From Turneriella sp. (GTDB taxonomy: Bacteria > Spirochaetota > Leptospiria > Turneriellales > Turneriellaceae), in contig CBDIID010000003.1 in the NCBI GenBank assembly GCA_965279515.1, forward strand, positions 2,240,001 to 2,304,000: a DNA stretch of 64,000 bases, in the 5' to 3' direction. A program made the position numbers and the translations under genes. The notes beneath the pieces were generated by a model. That model was not told the DNA's origin and made no database searches. It worked only from the letters and a program-made list of their open reading frames with translations. How positions within the stretch are numbered: position 1 is the stretch's first letter; each line of letters starts with the position of its first letter. Below are positions 18,448 through 27,685 of this stretch, piece after piece.

Positions 18448-21400
18448 CTACCTCTTCTTCTTACGTTTCTTCCACTTCGACTTACCTTCGTTGGCGCCCT
18501 CGTAGACCAGCCGCGGCGGTGCCGCCGATTCCGCTGCATCTTTCGCCGCAAAATAGTCGATCGGCGATCCACCACCCGAAGACCCGGTCGATGGCGTCTT
18601 CTTTTCATCTCTGACGACGAGCAGGTAGAGGCAGGGCAGCACGGTAAGCACCAAGAGCATTGCCGAAGCGAGACCACCGACGATGACCGTTGCCAGCGGG
18701 CGCTGCACGTCTGAACCCACACCGTGGGCCAGCGTCGCGGGGATTAACCCCAGAAGCGCCAGGAGAATCGTCATCAGCATCGGCCGCAGCTGCACCTGCG
18801 CGGCTTTTTCGACCGCTTCAAACGTGCTCATGGTCAGGTTATTCGCGAGAATATGGTTCGTGCGCGAGACGAAGAGAACCCCCGACATCGTCGCAATACC
18901 GAACAGCGAGATAAACCCCACACCCGATGACACATTGAAATAATAATCGCGCATCACGAGGGCCATCATACCACCCACAAGCGAGAGAGGTATACAGGCC
19001 AAAGCAACCAGGACGAAACGGATATTTTTGAACAGCCCATAGAGCAGGCCGAAAATGATGAGGATCGTCGCCGGTATCGCAATCGCCAGCTGCTTACCCA
19101 CACGCGCAAGGTTTTCATAGTTACCACCATACTGCAGCGTATAGCCCTCGGGCATTTTTATCTGCGCATCGACCTTTTTTTGCAGCTCGGCGACAAAGGA
19201 GCCCTGGTCACGGCCGCGAATATTCGCACGTACTGTAATAGCGCGCTTGCCCTCTTGCCTGAAGATCATCGTCGGTCCATCGACAATGTCAATGTCGGCC
19301 AGCTGCGCCAGCGGAATACGTTCGCCAAGCGGTGAGAAAACCGGCAATGACTTCAACGCTTTGATGCTTTTTCTGTATTCATATGGAAAACGCACCACGA
19401 TACCGAAACGCCACGGGCCTTCGTACAGGGTGGATATCCTCTGCGCACCAATACCTTTCTCGATGAGGCTTTGAATGGTACTGACGTTGATGGCATAACG
19501 CGCGGCGACCTCGCGCTTGATCTTAATCGTCAGCTGCGGCGAATCGGCTTCCTGCTCGAGGCCGAATTCCGAGGCACCCTGGATCTTACGCATGATTTCC
19601 AGAATCTCGCTCGCTTTTTGCCGCGCGATCTTCAGGTCGGGACCGTAGACGAATACGGCCATATCGGCAATCGTACCCATGATCGCTTCGGACATGTTGT
19701 CCATAATCGGCTGCGAGAAACTCCAGCGGATCGACGGGAACTCGTGTTCGACATCTTTGATGATGCGGATCAACAAATCGTCCTTAGTAATTTTTTCATC
19801 CCATTTGCTATAGTCATGGAGTGCCATCGTGATTTCGAGACGGTTGGGCGGCAGCGGGTCAGTGCCCGAATCGTTGCGGCCGAGCTGCGCCACGGCATTC
19901 GCAATCATGGTGTTCTTTGCCAGTACCTCCTGGATTTTCGGCAACATCTTATTTGCAGACTGCAACGAAACACCAACCGGGAAATATCCCCTGAGCGTCA
20001 GGTTGCCCTCGTCGAGTTCGGGTAAAAATTCAGAACCGATGCGCATCCCGCCGAAAGTAATTAAGGCCAGCACGACACCAAAGGAAATATAGACGACCTT
20101 TTTATAACGTGCGAGCAAAAAACGCATGAGCTTGTCATAACGTACTTCGACCCAGGCATAGACCGGGTTATGCCATTCGATTTTTTCGTTCGAATCGGAT
20201 TCCCAGTATTTTTTGTAGATCATCGACATGAGGACAGGCATGATCGTCATCGCAAAGAGCAGAGACCCCAGAATGGCGTATGAAATCGTGAACGCCATCG
20301 GCTTGAACAGTCGGCCCTCGACGCGTTGGAATGAAAAGATCGGGATATAGGCCAGAATGATGATGAGAATCGAGAACACAATCTCCATCCCCACTTCTTT
20401 ACTGCTATTGAGCGTGTACTGGTTGATGTTCTGGCTGCGGCTAGCGCTTTTATCGCGGTAGCTGCGCATGATGTTCTCGGCCATGATCACGACACCATCG
20501 ACAATGATACCGAAATCGATAGCCCCCAGCGACAACAGGTTCGCCGACAAGCCGGTCATGCGCATGAGAATAAAGGCAAAGAGCAGCGAAAACGGAATCG
20601 TCAATACCACGACCATCGCCGTGCGCACTGAGCCGATAAAAAAGATCAGAATCAGGGTTACGACCGTCACGCCTTCGATCAACGTTGTACCGATCGTGCG
20701 CAGTGTATAGTTGACGAGGTCGGCCCTGTCGATCATGGGCTTCACCTGCATGCCGTCGGGCATATACTGTTCGTTAATTTCTTTCGTTTTAGCGCGCAGG
20801 TTGTCCCCGGTCGTATTGGGGTCGCACCAGCGCCGCATCGCGGTGTTTCCCTGGACGCCCGATGGAACCTTAAAGAGCGCCTCGCCCGCTGATTTATCCT
20901 GCGTAAAATAATTGATGATACCCTGTGGAATCAGCGGCGAAACTTCGACCGAGGCGAGATCCTTAACGAAAACCGGCACGCCCTTATCGACCTTGACGAC
21001 AATATTCTCAATATCTTTGATCGTGCGGATAGCCCCCAGTGAGCGAATAGCAAACCCCTGGTCCCCCTGGCGCAGAATGTTACCGCCGGTGTTCAGGTTA
21101 TTTTTCTGGATGGCTTCGACAACTTCATCGAGATTCGTGTTATACTGAACGAGCTTTTCCGGCGTCGTGATCGCATGGTACTGTTTCGCAACGCCGCCAA
21201 AGGTTACGACGTCGGCAACGCAGGGAACGCTGAGCAGTTTCGGCATCACAATCCAGTCCTGCACGGTACGCACTTCCATCGGCGTGTGATTTTTTTTCGA
21301 TTCGACTATATAGCGGAAAATTTCGCCTGAAGGTGAACTCATGGGCGCAAGTTCGGGCACGACCTCTGGCGGAATCTCCGCCTCTTTCACCTTTTCCATC

Positions 21401-21738
21401 AGCCTGATGCGGGCAAAATAGTCGTCTGTACCTTCCTCAAAGACAAACTGAAAAGTGACGAGGCCGTTGATCGTGCGCGAACGGCGTACGCGCACCTGTG
21501 GTGTATTGTTCGTCACGCGCTCGATGGGCAATGTGACGCGCTCTTCGACTTCAACGGCGGCCCGCCCGGGAAAAGCGGCAACGAGACGCACCTGCGTATC
21601 GGCGATGTCCGAGTAGGCTTCTTTCTGAATGCCGACCCACGACCAGATACCGAGCGCGATAATGAGACCAGCCAGTCCCAGGGTCGGCAGTTTGTTTTTT
21701 AGGGCGAACTCGACCGCCCGGAAAATTATTTTATCCAT
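18448..21738 (-). CDS. CzcA/CusA-family heavy-metal efflux RND permease (copy 1)
   Basis: 1096 aa; same RND-HME motifs; highly similar to copy 2. Confidence 0.95.
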   Translation of the reverse strand: MDKIIFRAVEFALKNKLPTLGLAGLIIALGIWSWVGIQKEAYSDIADTQVRLVAAFPGRAAVEVEERVTLPIERVTNNTPQVRVRRSRTINGLVTFQFVFEEGTDDYFARIRLMEKVKEAEIPPEVVPELAPMSSPSGEIFRYIVESKKNHTPMEVRTVQDWIVMPKLLSVPCVADVVTFGGVAKQYHAITTPEKLVQYNTNLDEVVEAIQKNNLNTGGNILRQGDQGFAIRSLGAIRTIKDIENIVVKVDKGVPVFVKDLASVEVSPLIPQGIINYFTQDKSAGEALFKVPSGVQGNTAMRRWCDPNTTGDNLRAKTKEINEQYMPDGMQVKPMIDRADLVNYTLRTIGTTLIEGVTVVTLILIFFIGSVRTAMVVVLTIPFSLLFAFILMRMTGLSANLLSLGAIDFGIIVDGVVIMAENIMRSYRDKSASRSQNINQYTLNSSKEVGMEIVFSILIIILAYIPIFSFQRVEGRLFKPMAFTISYAILGSLLFAMTIMPVLMSMIYKKYWESDSNEKIEWHNPVYAWVEVRYDKLMRFLLARYKKVVYISFGVVLALITFGGMRIGSEFLPELDEGNLTLRGYFPVGVSLQSANKMLPKIQEVLAKNTMIANAVAQLGRNDSGTDPLPPNRLEITMALHDYSKWDEKITKDDLLIRIIKDVEHEFPSIRWSFSQPIMDNMSEAIMGTIADMAVFVYGPDLKIARQKASEILEIMRKIQGASEFGLEQEADSPQLTIKIKREVAARYAINVSTIQSLIEKGIGAQRISTLYEGPWRFGIVVRFPYEYRKSIKALKSLPVFSPLGERIPLAQLADIDIVDGPTMIFRQEGKRAITVRANIRGRDQGSFVAELQKKVDAQIKMPEGYTLQYGGNYENLARVGKQLAIAIPATILIIFGLLYGLFKNIRFVLVALACIPLSLVGGMMALVMRDYYFNVSSGVGFISLFGIATMSGVLFVSRTNHILANNLTMSTFEAVEKAAQVQLRPMLMTILLALLGLIPATLAHGVGSDVQRPLATVIVGGLASAMLLVLTVLPCLYLLVVRDEKKTPSTGSSGGGSPIDYFAAKDAAESAAPPRLVYEGANEGKSKWKKRKKKR

Positions 21739-21741
21739 AGT

Positions 21742-22701
21742 TTAGAAACCGACGGATAAGCCCTTGAGCAGCATGACGCCTTCCGTCACGACCGTATCGC
21801 CCTTCTTCAGCCCTTGCAGAATCTCGACGTATTCGTCGTTGGAGTTTCCAATCACGACGGTTTTTTTCCGGAACGTATCTTTCGCTTCTTCGACAAAAAC
21901 ATAGTTTTGACTTTCGACGGTAAAAATCGAAGTGAAGGGTAGCACCATAGGTGCTTTTTGGTCGTCGATGAATTCGACCTTGGCGAACATGCCGGGTTTG
22001 AACTTGCCATTTTCATTCGGGAAAATCACACGCACTTTTACAGTCCGCGTCGCCGGGTCGACGTTGTCACCCACGGCCTGCACCTTTCCTTTCATTTTCT
22101 TATCGGGGAAAGAATTGAAAATAATGTTCACGGCTTTACCGGCGCGGCAGGTGTCTAACCTGCTTTCGCTGATGTCAGCAATCATCCAGACGATGTTCGA
22201 GCCATAGTTGTTGAGGTCAGAGGGATTCACCCCTGCGGCGCGCAGCTTACCTTCCGATTCGGCGACCTGGGCCCCCGAGTTGCCGGCTTCGGTCTCGGCC
22301 TCGATGATGTCACGCTCGGTGGCAACCTGCATCGAGTACATGTCTTTCACGCGTTTGAGATTTTTCGAAGCACGCGAAGAGGCGTTGCGCGCCTGGCGGT
22401 ACGTGGCATACGCCGTGTTGAGATCGGCAGATTCGAAGAGCACGATTTTGCCCCCACTCGAAACCGAACGGCCGACGGTTGCAACCACGCGCGCCGGCGC
22501 CTGAATCTGTATGAATTCCTTGCCGCTGCCGAAGGGCCGCGTTTCAATGCGGGCACGCCCTTGGGCGCCTTCCGGGAAAAAGATCACTTCTCCCTTCTCG
22601 CGGATTTCAGGCGCCACATAGACCGTCGGCGGCTTTGCTTTCGGCCCGCAGGCAACAAGAACCAGACTCAAAAATACAGAATAAGACAGTATCGTCTTCA
22701 T
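21742..22701 (-). CDS. RND membrane-fusion protein (CzcB-like), lipoprotein
   Basis: Lipobox LVAC; VDPATRTVKVR and KPGMFA motifs; AAGGAG RBS (alternative in-frame start at 22734). Confidence 0.92.
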   Translation of the reverse strand: MKTILSYSVFLSLVLVACGPKAKPPTVYVAPEIREKGEVIFFPEGAQGRARIETRPFGSGKEFIQIQAPARVVATVGRSVSSGGKIVLFESADLNTAYATYRQARNASSRASKNLKRVKDMYSMQVATERDIIEAETEAGNSGAQVAESEGKLRAAGVNPSDLNNYGSNIVWMIADISESRLDTCRAGKAVNIIFNSFPDKKMKGKVQAVGDNVDPATRTVKVRVIFPNENGKFKPGMFAKVEFIDDQKAPMVLPFTSIFTVESQNYVFVEEAKDTFRKKTVVIGNSNDEYVEILQGLKKGDTVVTEGVMLLKGLSVGF

Positions 22702-22748
22702 TTTATTCTCCTTAATAGAAGTATGTTTTTTCATGATTATTCCTTTGT

Positions 22749-23312
22749 TTAACGTGGAAAAGTGAACAGGTAGCCGGCCTGAAAAATCAAGACCGGGTTC
22801 TTCATTTCATCCGACATGGCACGCCCCACCCCGCCCTGGAAGAAAAATCCGTCCATGAACAGTTCATAGGCGCCACCGATGTAACCGCTGGCCTGCGAGA
22901 CGCCGGTCTTGTCGTCAGGCAATGCCGGATCGAGCGCAAACAGCGGGTTGCGCTTCATATAGCCCCCGACAAAAGACAGGCTGTGGCGGATGCGATCGCC
23001 GTTAAACAGCGAGAAACCGACATCACCCTGAAAGCCCATAAAATTGCTGCCGTAAAACATGCCCGATCCCCTGAGGATAAAGCGCCACAGATGAAGCTGC
23101 GCATGCACATTGAGCCCCGAAGGCAAGCCAACGGTCGGCCCGATGGCAAAAAACGAATTTGTCAGCAGGTTACGGTCGATGGCCTCGTCGGCGTCTTTAT
23201 ACGCTTGGGCGAATTTATCCGTCTTCGCTTCGCTGTCCTTTGCCTGGGCAAACAGCACTCCGCCTGACAAAAATGCGCAAACCAACAATATACCAGGTTT
23301 GAAAGTTCTCAT
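22749..23312 (-). CDS. Small exported protein, probable beta-barrel OMP
   Basis: Signal peptide; Gly/aromatic alternating strands; C-terminal AGYLFTF. Confidence 0.6.
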   Translation of the reverse strand: MRTFKPGILLVCAFLSGGVLFAQAKDSEAKTDKFAQAYKDADEAIDRNLLTNSFFAIGPTVGLPSGLNVHAQLHLWRFILRGSGMFYGSNFMGFQGDVGFSLFNGDRIRHSLSFVGGYMKRNPLFALDPALPDDKTGVSQASGYIGGAYELFMDGFFFQGGVGRAMSDEMKNPVLIFQAGYLFTFPR

Positions 23313-23313
23313 A

Positions 23314-24759
23314 TTATTTCACCTCCGCGGCATTGTTGTTCGCCGGTACGGTTTGCAGGAAGATGATGTCTTTCCCGATCGAGTAGTTGATGTTCTCGAG
23401 GGCTTCGGTGCGCTGCGTTTTAAGGTCGATCAGCTGCACGATGCTGTTGCGGTAAGTCTCAAAGAAGTCTGCAAGTTCGATGACGGAGATATAACGTTTC
23501 TGGTAACTCGCCACCATCACCTGGATCAACTCGCGGAAATCCTGGACATGGCCGCCCTTGAATTCCTGGTAAATCTTGTCTTTTTCTTTCGCCTTAATCA
23601 GCGAAGCCGCGAGCTCACCTTCGAGCCTCATACGTTCGTTCATGAGCTCGCGTTTTTTTGCTGCGATCGCCTTCTTGGCCGATTCGATATTCCCCTGGTT
23701 GCGGTCGAAGAGCGGCACATTCACCTGCGCAGTGAGACCGAAGTAGTTGGGCTGATACGTGTTTGCGCGGTTAAAAACCGGCCCAAATGCCAGGTCGGGA
23801 ATCGCATTCGCCTCTTGCAGTTCGAGGTTCGCTGTCTCGTACTTGAGGTTCAGCATCGCGGTTTTGAGATCGGGCCTATGCGTCTCCGCATACTCAACGA
23901 GTTGCTTTATCTCGAGGCTGTTTGCAGCCGCATTCTCGAGCAATTTTTCGTCGACGAGCGGCACCAGTTGGTGCTCGGCAAGTTCAGGCCGGTTCATCAG
24001 CACGCGTAAATTCACTTCTTTCAGGCGCACATTCATCATGATGTTCGCGCGCTCATTGCGCAGAAAATAACTTAGCGCCTTGAGACGCAGGTACTCCGCT
24101 TTAGTGATCGCGCGGCGAGACAATGCCACTTCGGCGCCCTTCACAGTTCTGCCGAGAGCTTCGATCGTCTGGTCATAATACATGACGCTCTCGCGCATAT
24201 AATGGAGGGCGAAAAAAGTATTGCGCAGTTCAAACTTCAGCGCGCGTAAAACATTAAAGAACTCATTTTCCGTCAGCGCCTTGTTGATTTCCGCAACCTT
24301 GATCCGCTTATCGATCTTGCCGCCCATGAGAAAGAGCTGCTGTATCTGGATTACCTGGCTGCCGTTTTCGGTAGCATCGAGAAATTGCGCCGTCTTATGG
24401 CTGTAAATGCTGGTTTCGAGAAACACGCTGGGGTTTGCATAAAGCCCCGCCTGCATGACAAGCGCGCGTTTCGCCTCGATCTGAAATTTTGCCGCAAGGA
24501 GCAGCAGGTTTCTTTCGACGAATGATCGTTCGGCTTCTTCCAGCGAAAGTCTATAGACTTTCAGATCACTCGCCGCGAGCGTCGGCGAAGTGATTGGGTT
24601 CGCAACGATAGGCTCCGGTGTCTGCGACGCCGGTTTGGTCGCGGACACAGGCTCGGCGGACTTAATGAGCTCCGCCTCTTGTTTTTCCGGAATATCGCCA
24701 GCCTGCGCATACAGCGATGCAACCAAAACAAGAAAAAAAGATATAGATACTTTAAACAC
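23314..24759 (-). CDS. TolC/CzcC-family outer-membrane efflux protein
   Basis: RPDLK and VPLFDRNQGNI motifs; signal peptide; GTG start with GGAGG. Confidence 0.93.
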   Translation of the reverse strand: MFKVSISFFLVLVASLYAQAGDIPEKQEAELIKSAEPVSATKPASQTPEPIVANPITSPTLAASDLKVYRLSLEEAERSFVERNLLLLAAKFQIEAKRALVMQAGLYANPSVFLETSIYSHKTAQFLDATENGSQVIQIQQLFLMGGKIDKRIKVAEINKALTENEFFNVLRALKFELRNTFFALHYMRESVMYYDQTIEALGRTVKGAEVALSRRAITKAEYLRLKALSYFLRNERANIMMNVRLKEVNLRVLMNRPELAEHQLVPLVDEKLLENAAANSLEIKQLVEYAETHRPDLKTAMLNLKYETANLELQEANAIPDLAFGPVFNRANTYQPNYFGLTAQVNVPLFDRNQGNIESAKKAIAAKKRELMNERMRLEGELAASLIKAKEKDKIYQEFKGGHVQDFRELIQVMVASYQKRYISVIELADFFETYRNSIVQLIDLKTQRTEALENINYSIGKDIIFLQTVPANNNAAEVK

Positions 24760-24799
24760 ATTCCCTCCACGCCTGCCTGAGCCGGCGAATCTTTATCGT

Positions 24800-25246
24800 T
24801 TATGCGAGAGAGAGGGCAGGTGGAGGTATTGGGTAGCGGGAATTAAGGTGCGTATGCGCAAGTGAAATAAGATTAGCGTTCAGGCAGGCATCACCCAGAA
24901 GCAGCAGCGGTTTGTTGAGTTTCTGGGCTGCGAAGGCCATGGGAAAGAGTTCCCACAGGGAAGATCCGGATGTATTGTGACGAGGCGGAGTGAAGCGGTT
25001 GTTACCCTGTTCGATCCGTTGGATTTCTTCGGGTGAAGATTCACGGATACCCTGCGCCGGTGACGTAAAGTCACGCGCAGCATGCAACTCAAGCGTACTG
25101 ATGTGCAGCGCTGAGCTTTTCACAACTTTGGGTGACAGGTCTTGCGTTGCAATGCTGAAGCTGCAAAGCACCAGAACTGATGCGATCAGTACAGAGAAAA
25201 CGCTTCTTGGTGCCGAGACAGATACGTTCATAATGCTATCAACCAA
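24800..25246 (-). CDS. Putative leader/arrest peptide ORF 1 (148 aa; signal peptide; C-terminal SRYPIPPP)
   Basis: Hydrophobic N-terminus; directly upstream of tolC; paralogue at 18006-18446. Confidence 0.78.
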   Translation of the reverse strand: MVDSIMNVSVSAPRSVFSVLIASVLVLCSFSIATQDLSPKVVKSSALHISTLELHAARDFTSPAQGIRESSPEEIQRIEQGNNRFTPPRHNTSGSSLWELFPMAFAAQKLNKPLLLLGDACLNANLISLAHTHLNSRYPIPPPALSLA

Positions 25247-25295
25247 ATCGAATCCGTCGTTCTTGGTAGATGGCTCAACGGGTCAATGAATATGG

Positions 25296-26084
25296 CTATG
25301 CCTGTCGCCAGGATGGCGTCTTTTTATACAAGAAAGCGCCGACGCCTTCACGGCCTTCATCGCTCATGCGCCGCCGGGCGGCCAGATCGATCAGATGCGC
25401 CGGCAGGTCAGCAGGCCATTTGCCACGGCCAGAATAAATATCCAGCAGGTTTTTGATCTCGGCCTGGGCCCCAGGCGCCCCTCTTTTCAGGTCGGTAATC
25501 ATTGCATTGAGAAACTCAAAACATGCCATCTTTGTACCGACATAATTCACGAGCCCCATTTCCTTGGCATCCCAGAACTGGAAAATCTCACCGGATAGGA
25601 AGAACCTCCTAGCGTTCGTCAGGCCGATGCGCGATACGACATAAGGCGTAATCACGCTGGGGATGAGCCCTAAGGTTACTTCAGCAAAGGCGAAGGTGGA
25701 AGATTCGAATGCGACAGCGATATCGGCGGCGGCCAACAGGCCAATGCCGGCCCCCGAAATATGCCCTTGCGCAATGGCAATGACGGGTATGCCGCAGGTG
25801 GCAATCGAAGTAAGCAGCTCTGAGAGGGGCTTAATGTCTTTTATCTGCTGCTGTTTCGTGAGCCCCGCAGTCTCTTCGATATGTTTCATATCGGCGCCGC
25901 CGCAGAACGATTTGCCTTCGCCGCGCAGCACGATCACCCGGGTCTCGGGGGATTTTGCCGCCCCCTTAAATATGCCTGTCAACTCAGCGATCATCTCTTC
26001 TGTCAAAGAGTTGGCTTTTTCGGGATGATTCAGGCTGACATGCAGAACACCGGCATCAAACTTGGTCAGAATAAATGAGCTCAT
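25296..26084 (-). CDS. Enoyl-CoA hydratase/isomerase (methylglutaconyl-CoA hydratase-like)
   Basis: SFCGGAD, GAGIGL, EVTLGLIP, EGREGVGAF. Confidence 0.9.
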   Translation of the reverse strand: MSSFILTKFDAGVLHVSLNHPEKANSLTEEMIAELTGIFKGAAKSPETRVIVLRGEGKSFCGGADMKHIEETAGLTKQQQIKDIKPLSELLTSIATCGIPVIAIAQGHISGAGIGLLAAADIAVAFESSTFAFAEVTLGLIPSVITPYVVSRIGLTNARRFFLSGEIFQFWDAKEMGLVNYVGTKMACFEFLNAMITDLKRGAPGAQAEIKNLLDIYSGRGKWPADLPAHLIDLAARRRMSDEGREGVGAFLYKKTPSWRQA

Positions 26085-26144
26085 GGAACCTAAAACCCCA
26101 TGCCCCGGAAACGGAAAAGCGGAAAAAAGATCGCAGGCTTTAAG

Positions 26145-27239
26145 CTATAATTTCAGGCTCGCGGCGGCGGTCACAATATGTTCCTGCGGACGAACAGCGT
26201 CGGAAAAACGGTAAATACCATCGGCGGCAAAAAAATTACGGTACTCCAGGCGGAGCACATAGGCCTCCTGCGGCTGAAAATTCAGATTCCAGGTAAATCC
26301 TCCCACCTGAAAACCATTCGCAGTGCCCGTCGCCACCATCACTTGTTTCGGATCGATAAAATATTCGAGGCGGATTGCGGTATTCCACTGCGGATTCAAA
26401 ACATAACGCGCGTACGCGGCGCCGGTGTACCATTGCCGGTACGATTCAAGGCCTGCGGTTTTTTGTACACCCACGTCGCAGGTAAGGGCAAATTGCCACG
26501 AAGCTGAAAGAGAAAACTGCAAAATTAAATTACTGTAAAACCGGTATTGCGGCGTATTGTCGTCGGGCGCGACGTTGCCGGCAAAAGAATTGTGAATAAT
26601 TTTCAATTGCGGTGAGAATTCATAGCTCACCTGCGTGCCTAAACTTTTATCGCGGTTCGTCGGCGTGATGACCTGCCAGCCGTTCAGTATGTGCAGTTGT
26701 AAAATCAGTTTTTGCGTCGCTTCGTAAGTCAGCCGCACACCCGTCGCATAATAAGGCACGTTGTCGAGATTTAAGGCACGCGAATAATTCCAGTTGGTGT
26801 GGGATATCCACGATTCATAACCGATATGGCCGAAAAAGATTCCGGCATCGAGCCAGAGCTTATCAAAAAATTTATAACCGACAAAAGCCTCCTGTAGATT
26901 TCGCGTCGAGAGCTGGTTCGAATATTTTTCCGTGTTCGTTTCGTTCTGGTAGTTTGCATTCACGGAAGTTCCGAACTGTAGCGCGAGGCGGCCACGGATG
27001 TGCTTTTCATCCACCGCCGCTTCAACATGCGCTAGATTGATATTAAATTCGCGGTCGCGGGCAATCTGCGTGAGATATTGCCGGTCACTGCTGGCTGGCC
27101 GGTAGACGCTCGATGCATAATACGTGTCGATGAAAACACCGGGCCTTACCAGGGGTTTTTCCGCCGCTTCGGTAACAGCATAAACGCCCTGTGCGGTTAG
27201 ACACAGGGCTGTCAGAACACATGTTGAAACTTTAGTCAC
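26145..27239 (-). CDS. Outer-membrane beta-barrel porin (DUF1597/BBP2-like)
   Basis: DTYY, EFNINLA, DAGIFFGHIGYES...NWNYSR...PYY motifs. Confidence 0.82.
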   Translation of the reverse strand: MTKVSTCVLTALCLTAQGVYAVTEAAEKPLVRPGVFIDTYYASSVYRPASSDRQYLTQIARDREFNINLAHVEAAVDEKHIRGRLALQFGTSVNANYQNETNTEKYSNQLSTRNLQEAFVGYKFFDKLWLDAGIFFGHIGYESWISHTNWNYSRALNLDNVPYYATGVRLTYEATQKLILQLHILNGWQVITPTNRDKSLGTQVSYEFSPQLKIIHNSFAGNVAPDDNTPQYRFYSNLILQFSLSASWQFALTCDVGVQKTAGLESYRQWYTGAAYARYVLNPQWNTAIRLEYFIDPKQVMVATGTANGFQVGGFTWNLNFQPQEAYVLRLEYRNFFAADGIYRFSDAVRPQEHIVTAAASLKL

Positions 27240-27242
27240 GGG

Positions 27243-27539
27243 CTATTTGCAGAGGCCAGCCGTACCCCAACCCCAATAGTAGATGCCTTGTTTGGGGTGA
27301 TTTACGCGCTTAATATCCATGAGCAGGTAGTTTGCCCCCAGATCTTCCGCTTCTTTTTTAAGCCCTGCGACGACGTCGGCGCGGGGCTTGCCTATCGCAA
27401 TATCACCGACTTTGATTTCGCCGATCACGCGGCAGTTTTCCGGAAGCGCATTCGCATCCTGTACGGTCAGTGGCGCTGCGCCGAGAAATCCCAACGGCAA
27501 TAAAACCGTTAATAGCAGCATTTGTTTAATTTTTTTCAT
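27243..27539 (-). CDS. Small exported protein (DUF4156/YbjQ-like)
   Basis: Signal peptide; C..IGE...LKKEA..LGAN...G.A..C pattern; GGAGG RBS. Confidence 0.6.
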   Translation of the reverse strand: MKKIKQMLLLTVLLPLGFLGAAPLTVQDANALPENCRVIGEIKVGDIAIGKPRADVVAGLKKEAEDLGANYLLMDIKRVNHPKQGIYYWGWGTAGLCK

Positions 27540-27685
27540 TTGATCCTCCCGAATCCTCTGAATTCTGTGCTGAAATTAGCTGTTTTGCGGCGGGGCGCCC
27601 TGAGGGCCTTGTGGTAATAAAATACCGTAAACTACGGAGACGGTTATTTGGCTTGAGAAAGAATCTCTTTGTACTTTAGCCGCAG

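Noticed and set aside
18447..18722. N-terminal 92 aa of the 238-aa ORF 18006-18722
   Set aside because: Alternative-frame overlap with czcA copy 1; homology to leader 1 starts only at TTG 18446
14572..21738. czcA duplication as an assembly artefact
   Set aside because: The copies differ throughout at synonymous and non-synonymous sites
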